From IMG/VR virus record IMGVR_UViG_3300030707_000002: DNA of 64,000 bases; one strand, written 5' to 3'. A model generated the notes under the pieces. It had not been told where the DNA came from, did not search any database, and worked only from the letters and a program-made list of their open reading frames with translations. Position 1 is the first letter of the stretch. The number at the start of each line of letters is the position of its first letter. Below are positions 8,726 through 17,228 of the stretch, in pieces. The position numbers and the translations under genes were made by a program. This DNA comes from an uncultured virus (IMG/VR IMGVR_UViG_3300030707_000002) (lineage: Duplodnaviria; Heunggongvirae; Uroviricota; Caudoviricetes).

Positions 8726-9462
8726 GACGACACCTTCGCCTCGTCCGAGCCATCACCCAGTAGCGGAACGGATGTGCCTAGCGCGAATCGTCTCAACCGA
8801 TCTCGGAAATCGGCCTGACCGATCAGCGCCTTGACCTTCGCGTGCAGCTCGTCGACCGCGACCTTCATCGCGAGCAGGCCGCGCCAGGTGTCCTCGTCGT
8901 AGGGCAGCTCCACCACGTCGGCGTCGTTCGAGTAGGTCTGCGGCCGGTCGAGCGTCTTGTCCCTCACCTCCCGGTCGTACTCGCTCGGGCCCCGCGCCTC
9001 GAAGTCGAGCGCGTGCTCGCGCTCGATGCAGCCCTCGCGCTCGATCGGTCCCCCCTGATCGCTCCCCCAGCCGCCACGACCCGTCCGGCCTCCATTGCGC
9101 TCGCGCTCGCGGACGATGCGCTCGACGACCTCCGCGCGGTCAGGGAGCGGCGACAGCTCGCAGCGGCGGAACGTGAAGCTGACAGACGCTCCCTCAACTG
9201 GCTTGGTGCGGACCGAGTGGTCCTGCTCGTCGTAGGCGGCATGCAGCGTGACCAGGATCACCGGCGTCCAGCAGAGCGGCGCCGCCTTCTCGTAGACCTC
9301 GTGCAGTCGCCGCCAGACCTCGACGAAGGTCTCAGCGTGTACACGACTACGCGTGCCGGGCTCCTCGAAGAAGAAGTCGTGCTCGCGGAAGTCGTAGAAG
9401 ACCTCGACCTCGGCTCCGCCGGCCTGGACCTTGTCGACCGCGATCGGTTTGCGGTCCCTCAT
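8722..9462 (-). CDS. hypothetical protein (246 aa)
   Basis: GC3-biased ORF bracketed by 20-bp direct repeats. Confidence 0.75.
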   Translation of the reverse strand: MRDRKPIAVDKVQAGGAEVEVFYDFREHDFFFEEPGTRSRVHAETFVEVWRRLHEVYEKAAPLCWTPVILVTLHAAYDEQDHSVRTKPVEGASVSFTFRRCELSPLPDRAEVVERIVRERERNGGRTGRGGWGSDQGGPIEREGCIEREHALDFEARGPSEYDREVRDKTLDRPQTYSNDADVVELPYDEDTWRGLLAMKVAVDELHAKVKALIGQADFRDRLRRFALGTSVPLLGDGSDEAKVSS

Positions 9463-9484
9463 GGCGACACCTTCGTCTCGTCCG
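8728..9484. repeat. 20-bp direct repeat pair (8728-8747; 9465-9484)
   Basis: CGACACCTTCG[C/T]CTCGTCCG, 19/20 identical. Confidence 0.85.
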
Positions 9485-9746
9485 CCTCGTTCGGTAGGTC
9501 TTCGCCCGCGAGGAAGTGGTCAATCGAGTCGCGGAGCGCCTGCAACTCGGCGCGATCGAGATGGGCTATCGCGACGACGAAGTCCTTTCCCTCTCGACCG
9601 CCGCGCAGCTTCATCGGTCCGCGCACCTGGAGCGCCCAGGTGGTGCCCATCTGCTCGCAATAAGCCCGGACCGCCGACTCGCGCTCGACATTGTCCACCG
9701 CGCGGATGTTGGTTGATGTGCGCCTGTAGAACTGACCCCGGCTCAT
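9459..9746 (-). CDS. hypothetical protein
   Basis: MSRGQFYRR...; coupled. Confidence 0.7.
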   Translation of the reverse strand: MSRGQFYRRTSTNIRAVDNVERESAVRAYCEQMGTTWALQVRGPMKLRGGREGKDFVVAIAHLDRAELQALRDSIDHFLAGEDLPNEADETKVSP

Positions 9747-10012
9747 GATCGGCTCCATTCCTTGAGCGCTCGGCGCCCCTTGGGTGTGACCACCCACTGG
9801 TTCTCTCCGAAGTTCGTGCAGACGAGCACCGGAAAGAAGTCCGGCTGAAGCCACGAGTGCCCGCGGGTGAACTTCACTCCCTCGCCGCACGTCGGGCAGC
9901 GGTCGAGCCGGTACGGCATCCGATCGCAGGGGGCGGAGAGGCCACCGCCCACGAGGTAGAGGCCATTTATTTTCCGAAAACCACAGCCCCTGCGCGCTTC
10001 GACAGCCATCAC
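9743..10012 (-). CDS. Cys-rich hypothetical protein, possibly truncated or chimeric
   Basis: RGCGFRK..GLYL...CDRMP...CPTCG; wing-like tail VTPKGRRAL. Confidence 0.65.
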   Translation of the reverse strand: MMAVEARRGCGFRKINGLYLVGGGLSAPCDRMPYRLDRCPTCGEGVKFTRGHSWLQPDFFPVLVCTNFGENQWVVTPKGRRALKEWSRS

Positions 10013-10227
10013 GCACCTCCTTGTTCGCTCTTGCGCAAATCGCGCAGCGCCTGGTTGGCCGTATCGTGATCGAGGCAGACGGCGATGACCTGCCGCGCGC
10101 CGTCACGGACCTCGAACGGCCACGGCCACGGCCAGCCAAACGCCTTCATGACTGCCGGCTCGCACCCCCGAACCGTGCCTATCAGTCGGATCAAACCGCC
10201 CTTGTACATGACTCGGTCGGACGCCAT
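10009..10227 (-). CDS. hypothetical protein
   Basis: GGAGG SD, coupled. Confidence 0.6.
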   Translation of the reverse strand: MASDRVMYKGGLIRLIGTVRGCEPAVMKAFGWPWPWPFEVRDGARQVIAVCLDHDTANQALRDLRKSEQGGA

Positions 10228-10408
10228 CACTTGCCTCCCGCTTGTTCGGCAACCCAGGCCGCGTGCGCTCTCGGGAAGTCCTTCGCGATACGCGCCTCGA
10301 ACTTGACGCATACCGGGACCTCGTGCTCGAGGGTCCGAGCCTCGTTGTCGTATCGGACTTTCAGTTTGCAGTACGGACACGCGCCCACGGAGACCATCAC
10401 TTGCCTCC
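10224..10408. repeat. 15-bp direct repeat pair (10224-10238; 10394-10408)
   Basis: Exact CCATCACTTGCCTCC; on minus strand GGAGGCAAG-TGATG-G (SD, stop, start). Confidence 0.85.
10227..10397 (-). CDS. CxxC-H-C small protein, paralog of 525-746
   Basis: CPYC...EHEVPVCVKFE; GGAGG SD. Confidence 0.7.
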   Translation of the reverse strand: MVSVGACPYCKLKVRYDNEARTLEHEVPVCVKFEARIAKDFPRAHAAWVAEQAGGK

Positions 10409-11347
10409 GCTCTCTTCGAACCGAATGACCACGTCCTTGCCGTCCGCAAAGAGCACCGCGATGGCGTAGCCTTGCTTCGGATTCGGTGGCCGCACAAGGT
10501 CTGGAGCACCGAACTCTGCCCGATGGGCATTCAGCGCCTTGTAGATGAGGTTTGCGAGCCAAGCGACATTGTCATGGGTATGGCTCCGTACCTCCGTCTC
10601 TCGCCGCGCCTTGAACTGCTCGGCGTTCTCCACGCCGACGGCGTGCTCGCTCACTCGGTAGACACGCTTGCCGACGTCCACGTCTGTGATCGTGCCGATG
10701 AAATCACTCACCGGCCAGTGACGACCGAACGCGTGGAACGTGCTGCGTCCGACGTCGTACTGCTCGATCTCCGCGTACTCTCGCTCCTTGACCATCTCTC
10801 CTCCTTGACACTCGACGACGAGCTGCTCGTCTGCACCGACAGGTACACCGCCAAGCACATCAACGGTGACCCACTGATAGCCATCCTGATATTCGAGCCA
10901 GCAAGTCCAGCTCTGTCCGCGCCGTGCGCCAACGATCCGGCACCGGATTCCCACGGACAGACACAGCGTCGCTGCGGCTAGCACCGCGTCATCAGCGTCA
11001 ACCGGACCGGCTCGAAGAATCGAGTCCACATGCAGAAAAGACTCCTGAACCGTCGGATCGACACCCCTGGCGTTTTTGCGGACCATGTCCACAATGGCCT
11101 GCACCTTCAGCAGAACGGTCGCCTGCTTGCCAGTCAGTCTCCTCGCCGTCTTGTAGACGTTTGCTAACGTCCGATCACGCCAGGCGCGGCTGGCAATCTG
11201 CTTCAAGCTCAACTCAATAACCGTATTCCCCTGCATGACTAGCTCCTCCCACTCGATGCGTATCCACCCGTTGGCCCCGTCCCCGTCCGCCGTTCCCGGC
11301 GAACCACCCGCACCGGTGACGGTGACGGCTGGGACACGATCCGCCAT
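10397..11347 (-). CDS. composite ORF with degenerate transglutaminase-like domain and internal in-frame starts at 11236 and 10795
   Basis: GPVDADD.VLAAATL...GI.CRIV...W.E...W..VD; strong SDs ahead of both internal ATGs. Confidence 0.6.
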   Translation of the reverse strand: MADRVPAVTVTGAGGSPGTADGDGANGWIRIEWEELVMQGNTVIELSLKQIASRAWRDRTLANVYKTARRLTGKQATVLLKVQAIVDMVRKNARGVDPTVQESFLHVDSILRAGPVDADDAVLAAATLCLSVGIRCRIVGARRGQSWTCWLEYQDGYQWVTVDVLGGVPVGADEQLVVECQGGEMVKEREYAEIEQYDVGRSTFHAFGRHWPVSDFIGTITDVDVGKRVYRVSEHAVGVENAEQFKARRETEVRSHTHDNVAWLANLIYKALNAHRAEFGAPDLVRPPNPKQGYAIAVLFADGKDVVIRFEESGGK

Positions 11348-11349
11348 GA

Positions 11350-11559
11350 CTACTTCCTCCCCATCGCATCGACGATGACGCGCAAGCACTCGACGACCGC
11401 GGCGTCCTCGCGCACACCGCCGTTCCCGTCGGTCCCGTGCTCGCCCACGTAGTCGGCGAGATGTCCTACCTCCTCGGCACTGAACCCGAGCATCAACGCC
11501 TCCGTCGCGCGGACAAACGCGCGCAGTTCATCGACCCCTGGCAGATACGTGTCAGCCAT
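11350..11559 (-). CDS. hypothetical protein
   Basis: GGGGAG SD; MADTYLPG... Confidence 0.6.
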   Translation of the reverse strand: MADTYLPGVDELRAFVRATEALMLGFSAEEVGHLADYVGEHGTDGNGGVREDAAVVECLRVIVDAMGRK

Positions 11560-11968
11560 ATCGAATCTCCCCGAGCAGCGCGAGCTGCACCACGACGTCC
11601 TCGCGGTTGGCGTCCGTCTCTTCGTACCAGTCGACGCCCCAGCGCTTGACGCCCTCCTCCCAGGCGCGGAGAGCGGCCGCGCGGTCCAGCCGGTACCAGC
11701 CCTTCGGGAGCGGCAAGTTGTCACGCCACGCTCGCAGGGCCTCCTCGCGGTCGGGCTCCTCGCCGCGCCGGTGCCGCTCGTCGTCCTCCCAGCAGAGCCA
11801 CCCGGTGCGGTCCCGCTCGACGCCGCGCAGCCAGGTGCCGGCGTACTGCCGTCCGAAGATGTCCGGCCACCGCGTGAGGTACTCGACCCAGAACCCGTCG
11901 ACCGCGACGGTGAGCGAGAATGTGTGCTTGAACGGTTCCGGCCGATCGACAACTGTTTCAGTATTCAT
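11552..11968 (-). CDS. Trp-rich hypothetical protein
   Basis: 138 aa ending D..VQLALLGEIRYG; GGAGGT SD. Confidence 0.75.
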   Translation of the reverse strand: MNTETVVDRPEPFKHTFSLTVAVDGFWVEYLTRWPDIFGRQYAGTWLRGVERDRTGWLCWEDDERHRRGEEPDREEALRAWRDNLPLPKGWYRLDRAAALRAWEEGVKRWGVDWYEETDANREDVVVQLALLGEIRYG

Positions 11969-12346
11969 TTAGGTACCTCCGTTTCGGTGACCGTTGCATG
12001 CGGCATACGCCTCCCGCGCCCTCTCGATCATCCGATCGAGCACGGCCTCGACGCTCCCCGTCCGGTGCACCCTGGTCGCCTTGAAGATGGGGACCTCGCG
12101 CGCCGGGTAGTGGAACCGACCGTCGAGGAAGATGGCCACGACCCGGATCGCGTCCTCCCCGCACTCGCGGACCTCATCAGCTCCGCGCTGGATCGAGCTG
12201 TAGACCTTGACGGTGTACCGAGCATCCTTGTCGTGCGGCCGCTCGTAGACCTCCTCGCCGTGTGGCGCGGAGATCAGGCGGAACCTCGCCGCCGCCAACC
12301 GTTCCCGGATGGCGGAGGCGGGGACGGGGACGAAGCCCCGGCTCAC
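11969..12346 (-). CDS. hypothetical phage protein
   Basis: VKVYSSI...R.CGEDAIRV...RVHRT; GTGA-coupled to the helicase. Confidence 0.75.
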   Translation of the reverse strand: MSRGFVPVPASAIRERLAAARFRLISAPHGEEVYERPHDKDARYTVKVYSSIQRGADEVRECGEDAIRVVAIFLDGRFHYPAREVPIFKATRVHRTGSVEAVLDRMIERAREAYAACNGHRNGGT

Positions 12347-13758
12347 TTGAGCCCCTCGACCAGCATGAGCGACTTGCGGGCGCGAGTGCAGGCTACATAC
12401 CACAGGTTGTCCTCTTCCACGCCCGGTCGGCGGCGGTACGTGTCCTCGAGCAGCCACACCCGATCGCGCTCGAGACCCTTCGCGCGGTGCGTCGAACTGA
12501 GGACGATCCGGCCGCTCTCGTTGGTATCGGCGAACAGCGCCCCGATGCGGTCGAGGACGTCCTTGACGGAAGCCGCACCCTCGCTGATGGCCAGAATGCA
12601 GGCCGCCTTGTCCTCGACCGGCTGGATGTCGCGTCGCTTCGCCGCAAGCCGGGCGCATTCCTTCTTGCCCCACGCCTCGATGTAATCCCGCAACCCCTCC
12701 ACGTTCGTGGCCTTCGCCTTCTTGACGAGCCCAGCGAGCTGCTGGCCGACATCGCGGCCCTGGATCATCGCCGACCGCCCTTCGGCGATCAGACCCAGGC
12801 AGAGCGAGACCAGCGGCGCGTTCGTGCGGGAAAGCACGAAGTCTCCCGGCTGCACCGCCTTGCGCATCTCCTCGTAGAGGACCGACTTGACCTCCCCCAC
12901 TTCGGCGTCCGGAGCGGCCTGGATGCCAGGCACGATCGCCTGCGCCACCTGCACGATGCTCTTCGCGCAGCGGTAGCAGACCGACAACGGCAGCACCTTG
13001 GCGTTGAGCTTGGAGACAACGTTCTCGAACGCATGCTCGTCGGCACCACGGAACCGATAGATCGCCTGCCGTGGGTCGCCGACCGCGACGATGCGGCCGT
13101 TCGGCTTGATGGCGCGCAGGGTCAGCTCGATTTGCGCGGCATTCAGGTCCTGTGTCTCGTCGATGAAGACGCGATCGAACTGGCGTTGCCGGAGGTTGCG
13201 CACGATGGGCAACCAGATCATGTCGTCGTAGTCGATGCAGCCGTCCTCCGTGCCCGTACACTGCATGAGGAGCTGGAGCACGTTGGCGATGAAGCCGTCG
13301 CGCGAGCCGTTCTGCGCGCCGTTGTAGCCGAACTCGTCGATGATCGCGTCGATACCCGCCTCGTCGCTCGCGAGCTTGGCCTTCGCCATCGACACGCAAT
13401 CGGTGATGTCCTTGCGCAGCTCCGGGTTCTTGGCGATGTCCACGCTGAACTTGCAGGCCAAGTCGTCCACCCGGAACTTGTTGAGCGGCAAGTTGCCGAG
13501 CGCGCGGTTGACCGCGTTGACTCCATAGGAGTGCAACCCGCGAACCTCGACACCCCTCGGCGCCCGACGCTTCAGCTCCTCGATGATCTTCGTGTTGAAA
13601 GCCATGAAGAGGGTCGAGCAGCCGGCCGGCACGTGGCCCAGGCCGGTGACCAGCGTCGTGGTCTTGCCGCTGCCGGCGACCGCATTGACAGCCGTGTGGC
13701 CGGTACCGCTGGCGATGTCTTCGAAGATGGCAACTTGAAATGGGCTCGGTGTGAACAT
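12343..13758 (-). CDS. UvrD/Rep-family SF1 helicase
   Basis: AVAGSGKTT, IDETQD, VGDPRQAIYRFRGA, STHRAKGLE, YVACTRAR; GGAGGT SD. Confidence 0.95.
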   Translation of the reverse strand: MFTPSPFQVAIFEDIASGTGHTAVNAVAGSGKTTTLVTGLGHVPAGCSTLFMAFNTKIIEELKRRAPRGVEVRGLHSYGVNAVNRALGNLPLNKFRVDDLACKFSVDIAKNPELRKDITDCVSMAKAKLASDEAGIDAIIDEFGYNGAQNGSRDGFIANVLQLLMQCTGTEDGCIDYDDMIWLPIVRNLRQRQFDRVFIDETQDLNAAQIELTLRAIKPNGRIVAVGDPRQAIYRFRGADEHAFENVVSKLNAKVLPLSVCYRCAKSIVQVAQAIVPGIQAAPDAEVGEVKSVLYEEMRKAVQPGDFVLSRTNAPLVSLCLGLIAEGRSAMIQGRDVGQQLAGLVKKAKATNVEGLRDYIEAWGKKECARLAAKRRDIQPVEDKAACILAISEGAASVKDVLDRIGALFADTNESGRIVLSSTHRAKGLERDRVWLLEDTYRRRPGVEEDNLWYVACTRARKSLMLVEGLK

Positions 13759-13784
13759 TGGGGACCTCCCTGGGGGATGAACTG

Positions 13785-13849
13785 AACGTAACACACGGGT
13801 GGTCATTGTCAATAAAAAAGGTTGCGTTTATCCACCGAATGGCTATACT
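13785..13849. promoter_or_regulatory. back-to-back divergent sigma70-type promoters
   Basis: Minus TTGACA-16-TACGTT with TGn extension; plus TTGCGT-16-TATACT; A-tract between the -35 boxes. Confidence 0.7.
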
Positions 13850-13862
13850 CATTGAAACGCCC

Positions 13863-14363
13863 ATGAATCAGCCACTCCTCCAGCAGCAAATCGCCGTCGT
13901 CCTTGGCCTGCGCCGCGCCTTCGAGAAGTTCCGCCACCACGCGCAATTCACCCGCCGCGTGAAGCCCTTCATCGTGGCCGAACTGCCCGGCACCACGGTC
14001 AGCGTGGAGCCCGATCACTACGGCCTCCGGACCATCCGGATCTGGGGCAACGGCCTTCCCTACGACAACGGAGTGTCCCTCTGCTGGAACGGTTCCAAGC
14101 CGTGGGCCGAGGGCATGGCCGAGGCCCTCGAGATCGCCGACTCGCGCGACTACGCGGAGCGCGTAGAGGCCGAGGAATCGCTCAAGGACAAGCTCGACAA
14201 GCTGCACGCCGAGGTCGAGAAGTGCCGCCTGGCGGCAGCGATCCTCATCGAGCAGCTCCCCATTCCCGCTTCGGCGACCATCCGGGCGGAGTCCCACTTC
14301 TGGGACGGGCCGTCCAGCGATCTGGGCAAGAAGTACCCCCTACTCTTCGGGCGCGTCCGATGA
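13863..14363 (+). CDS. hypothetical protein, first gene of the rightward block
   Basis: Strong GC3 bias; follows promoter. Confidence 0.75.
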   Translation: MNQPLLQQQIAVVLGLRRAFEKFRHHAQFTRRVKPFIVAELPGTTVSVEPDHYGLRTIRIWGNGLPYDNGVSLCWNGSKPWAEGMAEALEIADSRDYAERVEAEESLKDKLDKLHAEVEKCRLAAAILIEQLPIPASATIRAESHFWDGPSSDLGKKYPLLFGRVR

Positions 14364-14548
14364 AGACGTCCTGCCCTCGCTGTGGCCTGCCGGCCACTGC
14401 CACGCACTCGGCGCGTGGGACCGAGCGACTGCACTCGCACAACTGCCCGCACGGCGAGCGCTGCCGGATGGACGGTGAGCGTGTGGCTTGCAGGGACTGC
14501 CGTGCGACCGGTGGGCCTCCGGCCGCCTCCGAAGGAGGTCCATCGTGA
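14360..14548 (+). CDS. small zinc-finger protein
   Basis: CPRC...HNCPHG..C...CRDC; ATGA coupling. Confidence 0.65.
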   Translation: MKTSCPRCGLPATATHSARGTERLHSHNCPHGERCRMDGERVACRDCRATGGPPAASEGGPS

Positions 14549-14895
14549 AAATCGCCACCGTCCGCTTGTACGTCGCCCTGGTATCTCTGATCTCCGCCGT
14601 CCTCGAGCTGGGCGCCGCCTTGGTGCGCCTCGTCACGGCCCTGGCCCTGCGAGCTGCTACCGTGGTCCGGCCGCGCCCCCAAGCCGCCCCGGCGCCCGGA
14701 CGCCCGAACCTCCGGGTCGTCCCCCCGCCCGCCCGGAACGTCGACCTGGAGACCGGGCGACTCGTCTCCGCGCTCGTGGGTATGGGCTTCAAGGTACCGG
14801 CCGTCCGCCGGTTCGTGGACGGCCTCGGCGACCGCGTCGGCCGCGAACCGATCGAGGCACTCATCAAGGAGGGGCTCGCCCACCTGGCGGCCTGA
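14545..14895 (+). CDS. hydrophobic N-terminus, Pro linker and RuvA C-terminal (domain III)-like domain
   Basis: LVSALVGMGFK...V......IEALIKEGL; AAGGAGG SD. Confidence 0.7.
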   Translation: MKIATVRLYVALVSLISAVLELGAALVRLVTALALRAATVVRPRPQAAPAPGRPNLRVVPPPARNVDLETGRLVSALVGMGFKVPAVRRFVDGLGDRVGREPIEALIKEGLAHLAA

Positions 14896-14905
14896 GAAAA
14901 ATCCC

Positions 14906-15079
14906 ATGAGCTGGCAACCCAATCGGTTGAGAGAGATCAAGAAGAAGATGAACCAGCTTCGTCGACAGCTCAATGTCTTGAAGGCCGAGTACCGGACCAT
15001 CGAAGAGACGTGCGAGCACAAGGAGTTCGACGAGGTCGATCGCTGCGTCGGTTGCGGTGCTCTGATCGACTACCTCTAA
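14906..15079 (+). CDS. small coiled-coil/Zn-ribbon protein
   Basis: MSWQPNRL...CEH...CVGCG. Confidence 0.6.
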   Translation: MSWQPNRLREIKKKMNQLRRQLNVLKAEYRTIEETCEHKEFDEVDRCVGCGALIDYL

Positions 15080-15098
15080 GGTTGAAGGAGCCGAAACC

Positions 15099-15278
15099 AT
15101 GAACGCGATCCAGATCCACACGGTTCCCGCAACCCGGAAGTACCTCGTGATGGTCGCCAAGCCCGGCATCGTCCACCGCCACGAGTGCGCCTCCCCGCAG
15201 GCGGCCGCTGCCGCCACCCGCGTCTACCGCAAGGCCGGCTGGGCGGTGACCGTGCTGCCAGAGAGAAGCTCCCCATGA
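15099..15278 (+). CDS. small hypothetical protein
   Basis: AAGGAG SD; MNAIQIHT... Confidence 0.6.
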   Translation: MNAIQIHTVPATRKYLVMVAKPGIVHRHECASPQAAAAATRVYRKAGWAVTVLPERSSP

Positions 15279-15451
15279 CCACCGTCCTCATGTTCGCCTA
15301 CTGCCACCGCAAGCACGGCATGATCCGCGAACGGGTCCCGGTCGAGCTCATCGAGGCCCGCGAAACCCAACTCCGAGCGGCCGGCTGGGACGTCGGCCAC
15401 TTGCCGCTCGGGGCCCCACTGAAGCCCGACACCGCCACGAGGTGCCCATGA
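15275..15451 (+). CDS. small hypothetical protein
   Basis: ATGA-coupled; shares R.AGW.V with the preceding gene. Confidence 0.55.
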   Translation: MTTVLMFAYCHRKHGMIRERVPVELIEARETQLRAAGWDVGHLPLGAPLKPDTATRCP

Positions 15452-15639
15452 CAAAATTCTCTCTCCTGACGAAGGTGAAAAAGGGACACGCCGACGGCAA
15501 CAGCACACTGACGTGGTGGTGGATCAGTGTAGAGGTCAACGGATTTGAGGGTAGCGGAGATGGGTCCTCTGTCGGTTATGCCTTTGAACACGCATACGAG
15601 GATGCAATGGCGAAACTCGCGGAAGGCACATCGCAATGA
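15448..15639 (+). CDS. small hypothetical protein
   Basis: GAGGT SD, coupled. Confidence 0.55.
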   Translation: MTKFSLLTKVKKGHADGNSTLTWWWISVEVNGFEGSGDGSSVGYAFEHAYEDAMAKLAEGTSQ

Positions 15640-15836
15640 CACGCCACCACGCCCTCCCGCAGAACATCCACCTCCTCCCGAGGGGTCGCTCCGTCACCCG
15701 ACTCTGCGGCGCGACGACCGGCGGATTCGTCCGGCTGAACGCCGAGGGCGAGAAGTGGCTCAAGAAGTTCCTCGCACAGGGCGGCGGACTCTGCCCCGAG
15801 TGCGCGAAGCTGAACAAGCTGGCGGAGGTCGGGTGA
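15636..15836 (+). CDS. H-LCG-CxxC finger protein
   Basis: IHL...RLCG...CPEC. Confidence 0.6.
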   Translation: MTRHHALPQNIHLLPRGRSVTRLCGATTGGFVRLNAEGEKWLKKFLAQGGGLCPECAKLNKLAEVG

Positions 15837-16087
15837 TGGTGACCAACTTTTCAGTACCAATCGAAGTGGCCGAGAACTTGGCAGCCTACTTCGACAGCTA
15901 CATCGCTCGGTGTGGTGTGGCTGGGCGTACGTTCGACGATGCTCGCGCGGTCGCAAGCGCGGCCCTCACGCACGTACGGTCCATCGCTTCTAGTCGCGCC
16001 GGCGATCCGGATGCCGCGCGGCTCCGCTTGGCAGAACTCGTCGCGAAGCTCGCGGCTTTTGAACCGCCACCCCCGGAGGGATCATGA
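15836..16087 (+). CDS. hypothetical protein
   Basis: GGAGGT SD, TGATG coupling. Confidence 0.55.
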   Translation: MVTNFSVPIEVAENLAAYFDSYIARCGVAGRTFDDARAVASAALTHVRSIASSRAGDPDAARLRLAELVAKLAAFEPPPPEGS

Positions 16088-16257
16088 AAAGAGTCATGCA
16101 CGCGCGCAAGCCCTGGATCAAGAACGGCCAGGTGGCGGGAGAGTGCGTCGGCGAGCCGTGGTGCGGCGCCCGCAGCTCACGCACCGATTCGCGCGATCGG
16201 GTGACCTGCGAGCGGTGCATTCGACTCATCACGAAGCGCACATGGATCCCCCGATGA
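16084..16257 (+). CDS. H-C-CxxC finger protein
   Basis: MH...PWCG...VTCERC; GGAGG SD. Confidence 0.6.
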   Translation: MKRVMHARKPWIKNGQVAGECVGEPWCGARSSRTDSRDRVTCERCIRLITKRTWIPR

Positions 16258-16625
16258 GGCGCCGGCAACGCACCATGATCGCCAAGCGCCACAATGACCC
16301 TCCGTCTCCGAAAAGGAGCGACCCCGGTCCCGTGAGCGATCCCGTTCCGTGCGTCCACGGTGCGCTACCAAATCTCTGCGCATTCGCAGGCTGCCCGCAC
16401 TTCGCGCCCGACGGCCCCCGCGACGAGCGGTGGGCTTTCCGGCCGGGCACGACTGCGGAGGACATCACCGCCGCGCTCGCGGAGAACGAGGCGCAGCACG
16501 CGCGAGCTCCAGGCAGCGCGAGCCCGATCCACCTGGTCGTTGATCGCAAGATGCGCGATCGGCTCGAAGAGACCACCTGCCCGACGTGCGCCGGAACCGG
16601 CCGCGTACCGAGGGTTATCCCATGA
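16254..16625 (+). CDS. hypothetical protein with CxHG..C and CxxCxGxG motifs
   Basis: Coupled at both ends. Confidence 0.55.
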   Translation: MRRRQRTMIAKRHNDPPSPKRSDPGPVSDPVPCVHGALPNLCAFAGCPHFAPDGPRDERWAFRPGTTAEDITAALAENEAQHARAPGSASPIHLVVDRKMRDRLEETTCPTCAGTGRVPRVIP

Positions 16626-17221
16626 TCAACGGCTTCTCCGACTTGGTCCCCTGCAGCGTCCACGAAGTCGTCTGCGCGTGGCTGACGGCCGAAGTTCCGA
16701 TTCTTGAGCGTCAGAGCCACAGACAACCGAGCCTGATCGGGCGACTCGGTCGAGTGCTTCGCGAGCTGGTTGGCAAACCGGTCCGCTCGGTGACCGGCCT
16801 GAGCCTCCGCCTCTCGCTCGACGCGCCCGATCTCCACGACCGAGAGCAGAACCGCAAGCGCCTACGCGCCCTCTGCGGGATGCGGCGGTGGCTCTGGGTT
16901 GAGATCCCACCGGACACGATCTGGTACCGGGGTCGCGCCCTCTTTTCCAGCAGCCAGCGCATCGTCCGCGAGTGGGGCTTCGAGTCCACGATGAAGCCCA
17001 GCGATGCGGTGTCGCTCGACGGGTTGATCTTCTGGGGCCACACGGTGCGGGCACCCCTCCTGCTGGAGGGCAATCACCGGTACAGCCAGTGGGTGACCAA
17101 CGGCCGCCCCGACCAGGAAGCCGCCGTCTTCGTCGGGCTGTCTCCCTCGAACTACCAGTGGTTCCCGGGAGACAGCACAATCCCGTACGTCCCCATTCCT
17201 GCTGGATCCTTCTACGAATGA
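16622..17221 (+). CDS. hypothetical protein with ParB/Srx-like LEGNHR motif
   Basis: LLLEGNHR; GAGG SD. Confidence 0.6.
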   Translation: MINGFSDLVPCSVHEVVCAWLTAEVPILERQSHRQPSLIGRLGRVLRELVGKPVRSVTGLSLRLSLDAPDLHDREQNRKRLRALCGMRRWLWVEIPPDTIWYRGRALFSSSQRIVREWGFESTMKPSDAVSLDGLIFWGHTVRAPLLLEGNHRYSQWVTNGRPDQEAAVFVGLSPSNYQWFPGDSTIPYVPIPAGSFYE

Positions 17222-17228
17222 GTGCCCC

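Noticed and set aside
11969..13864. 631-aa ORF overlapping the UvrD helicase
   Set aside because: Only the last 125 codons (GTG 12346) look coding; the rest is an Arg/Gly-rich off-frame of the helicase.
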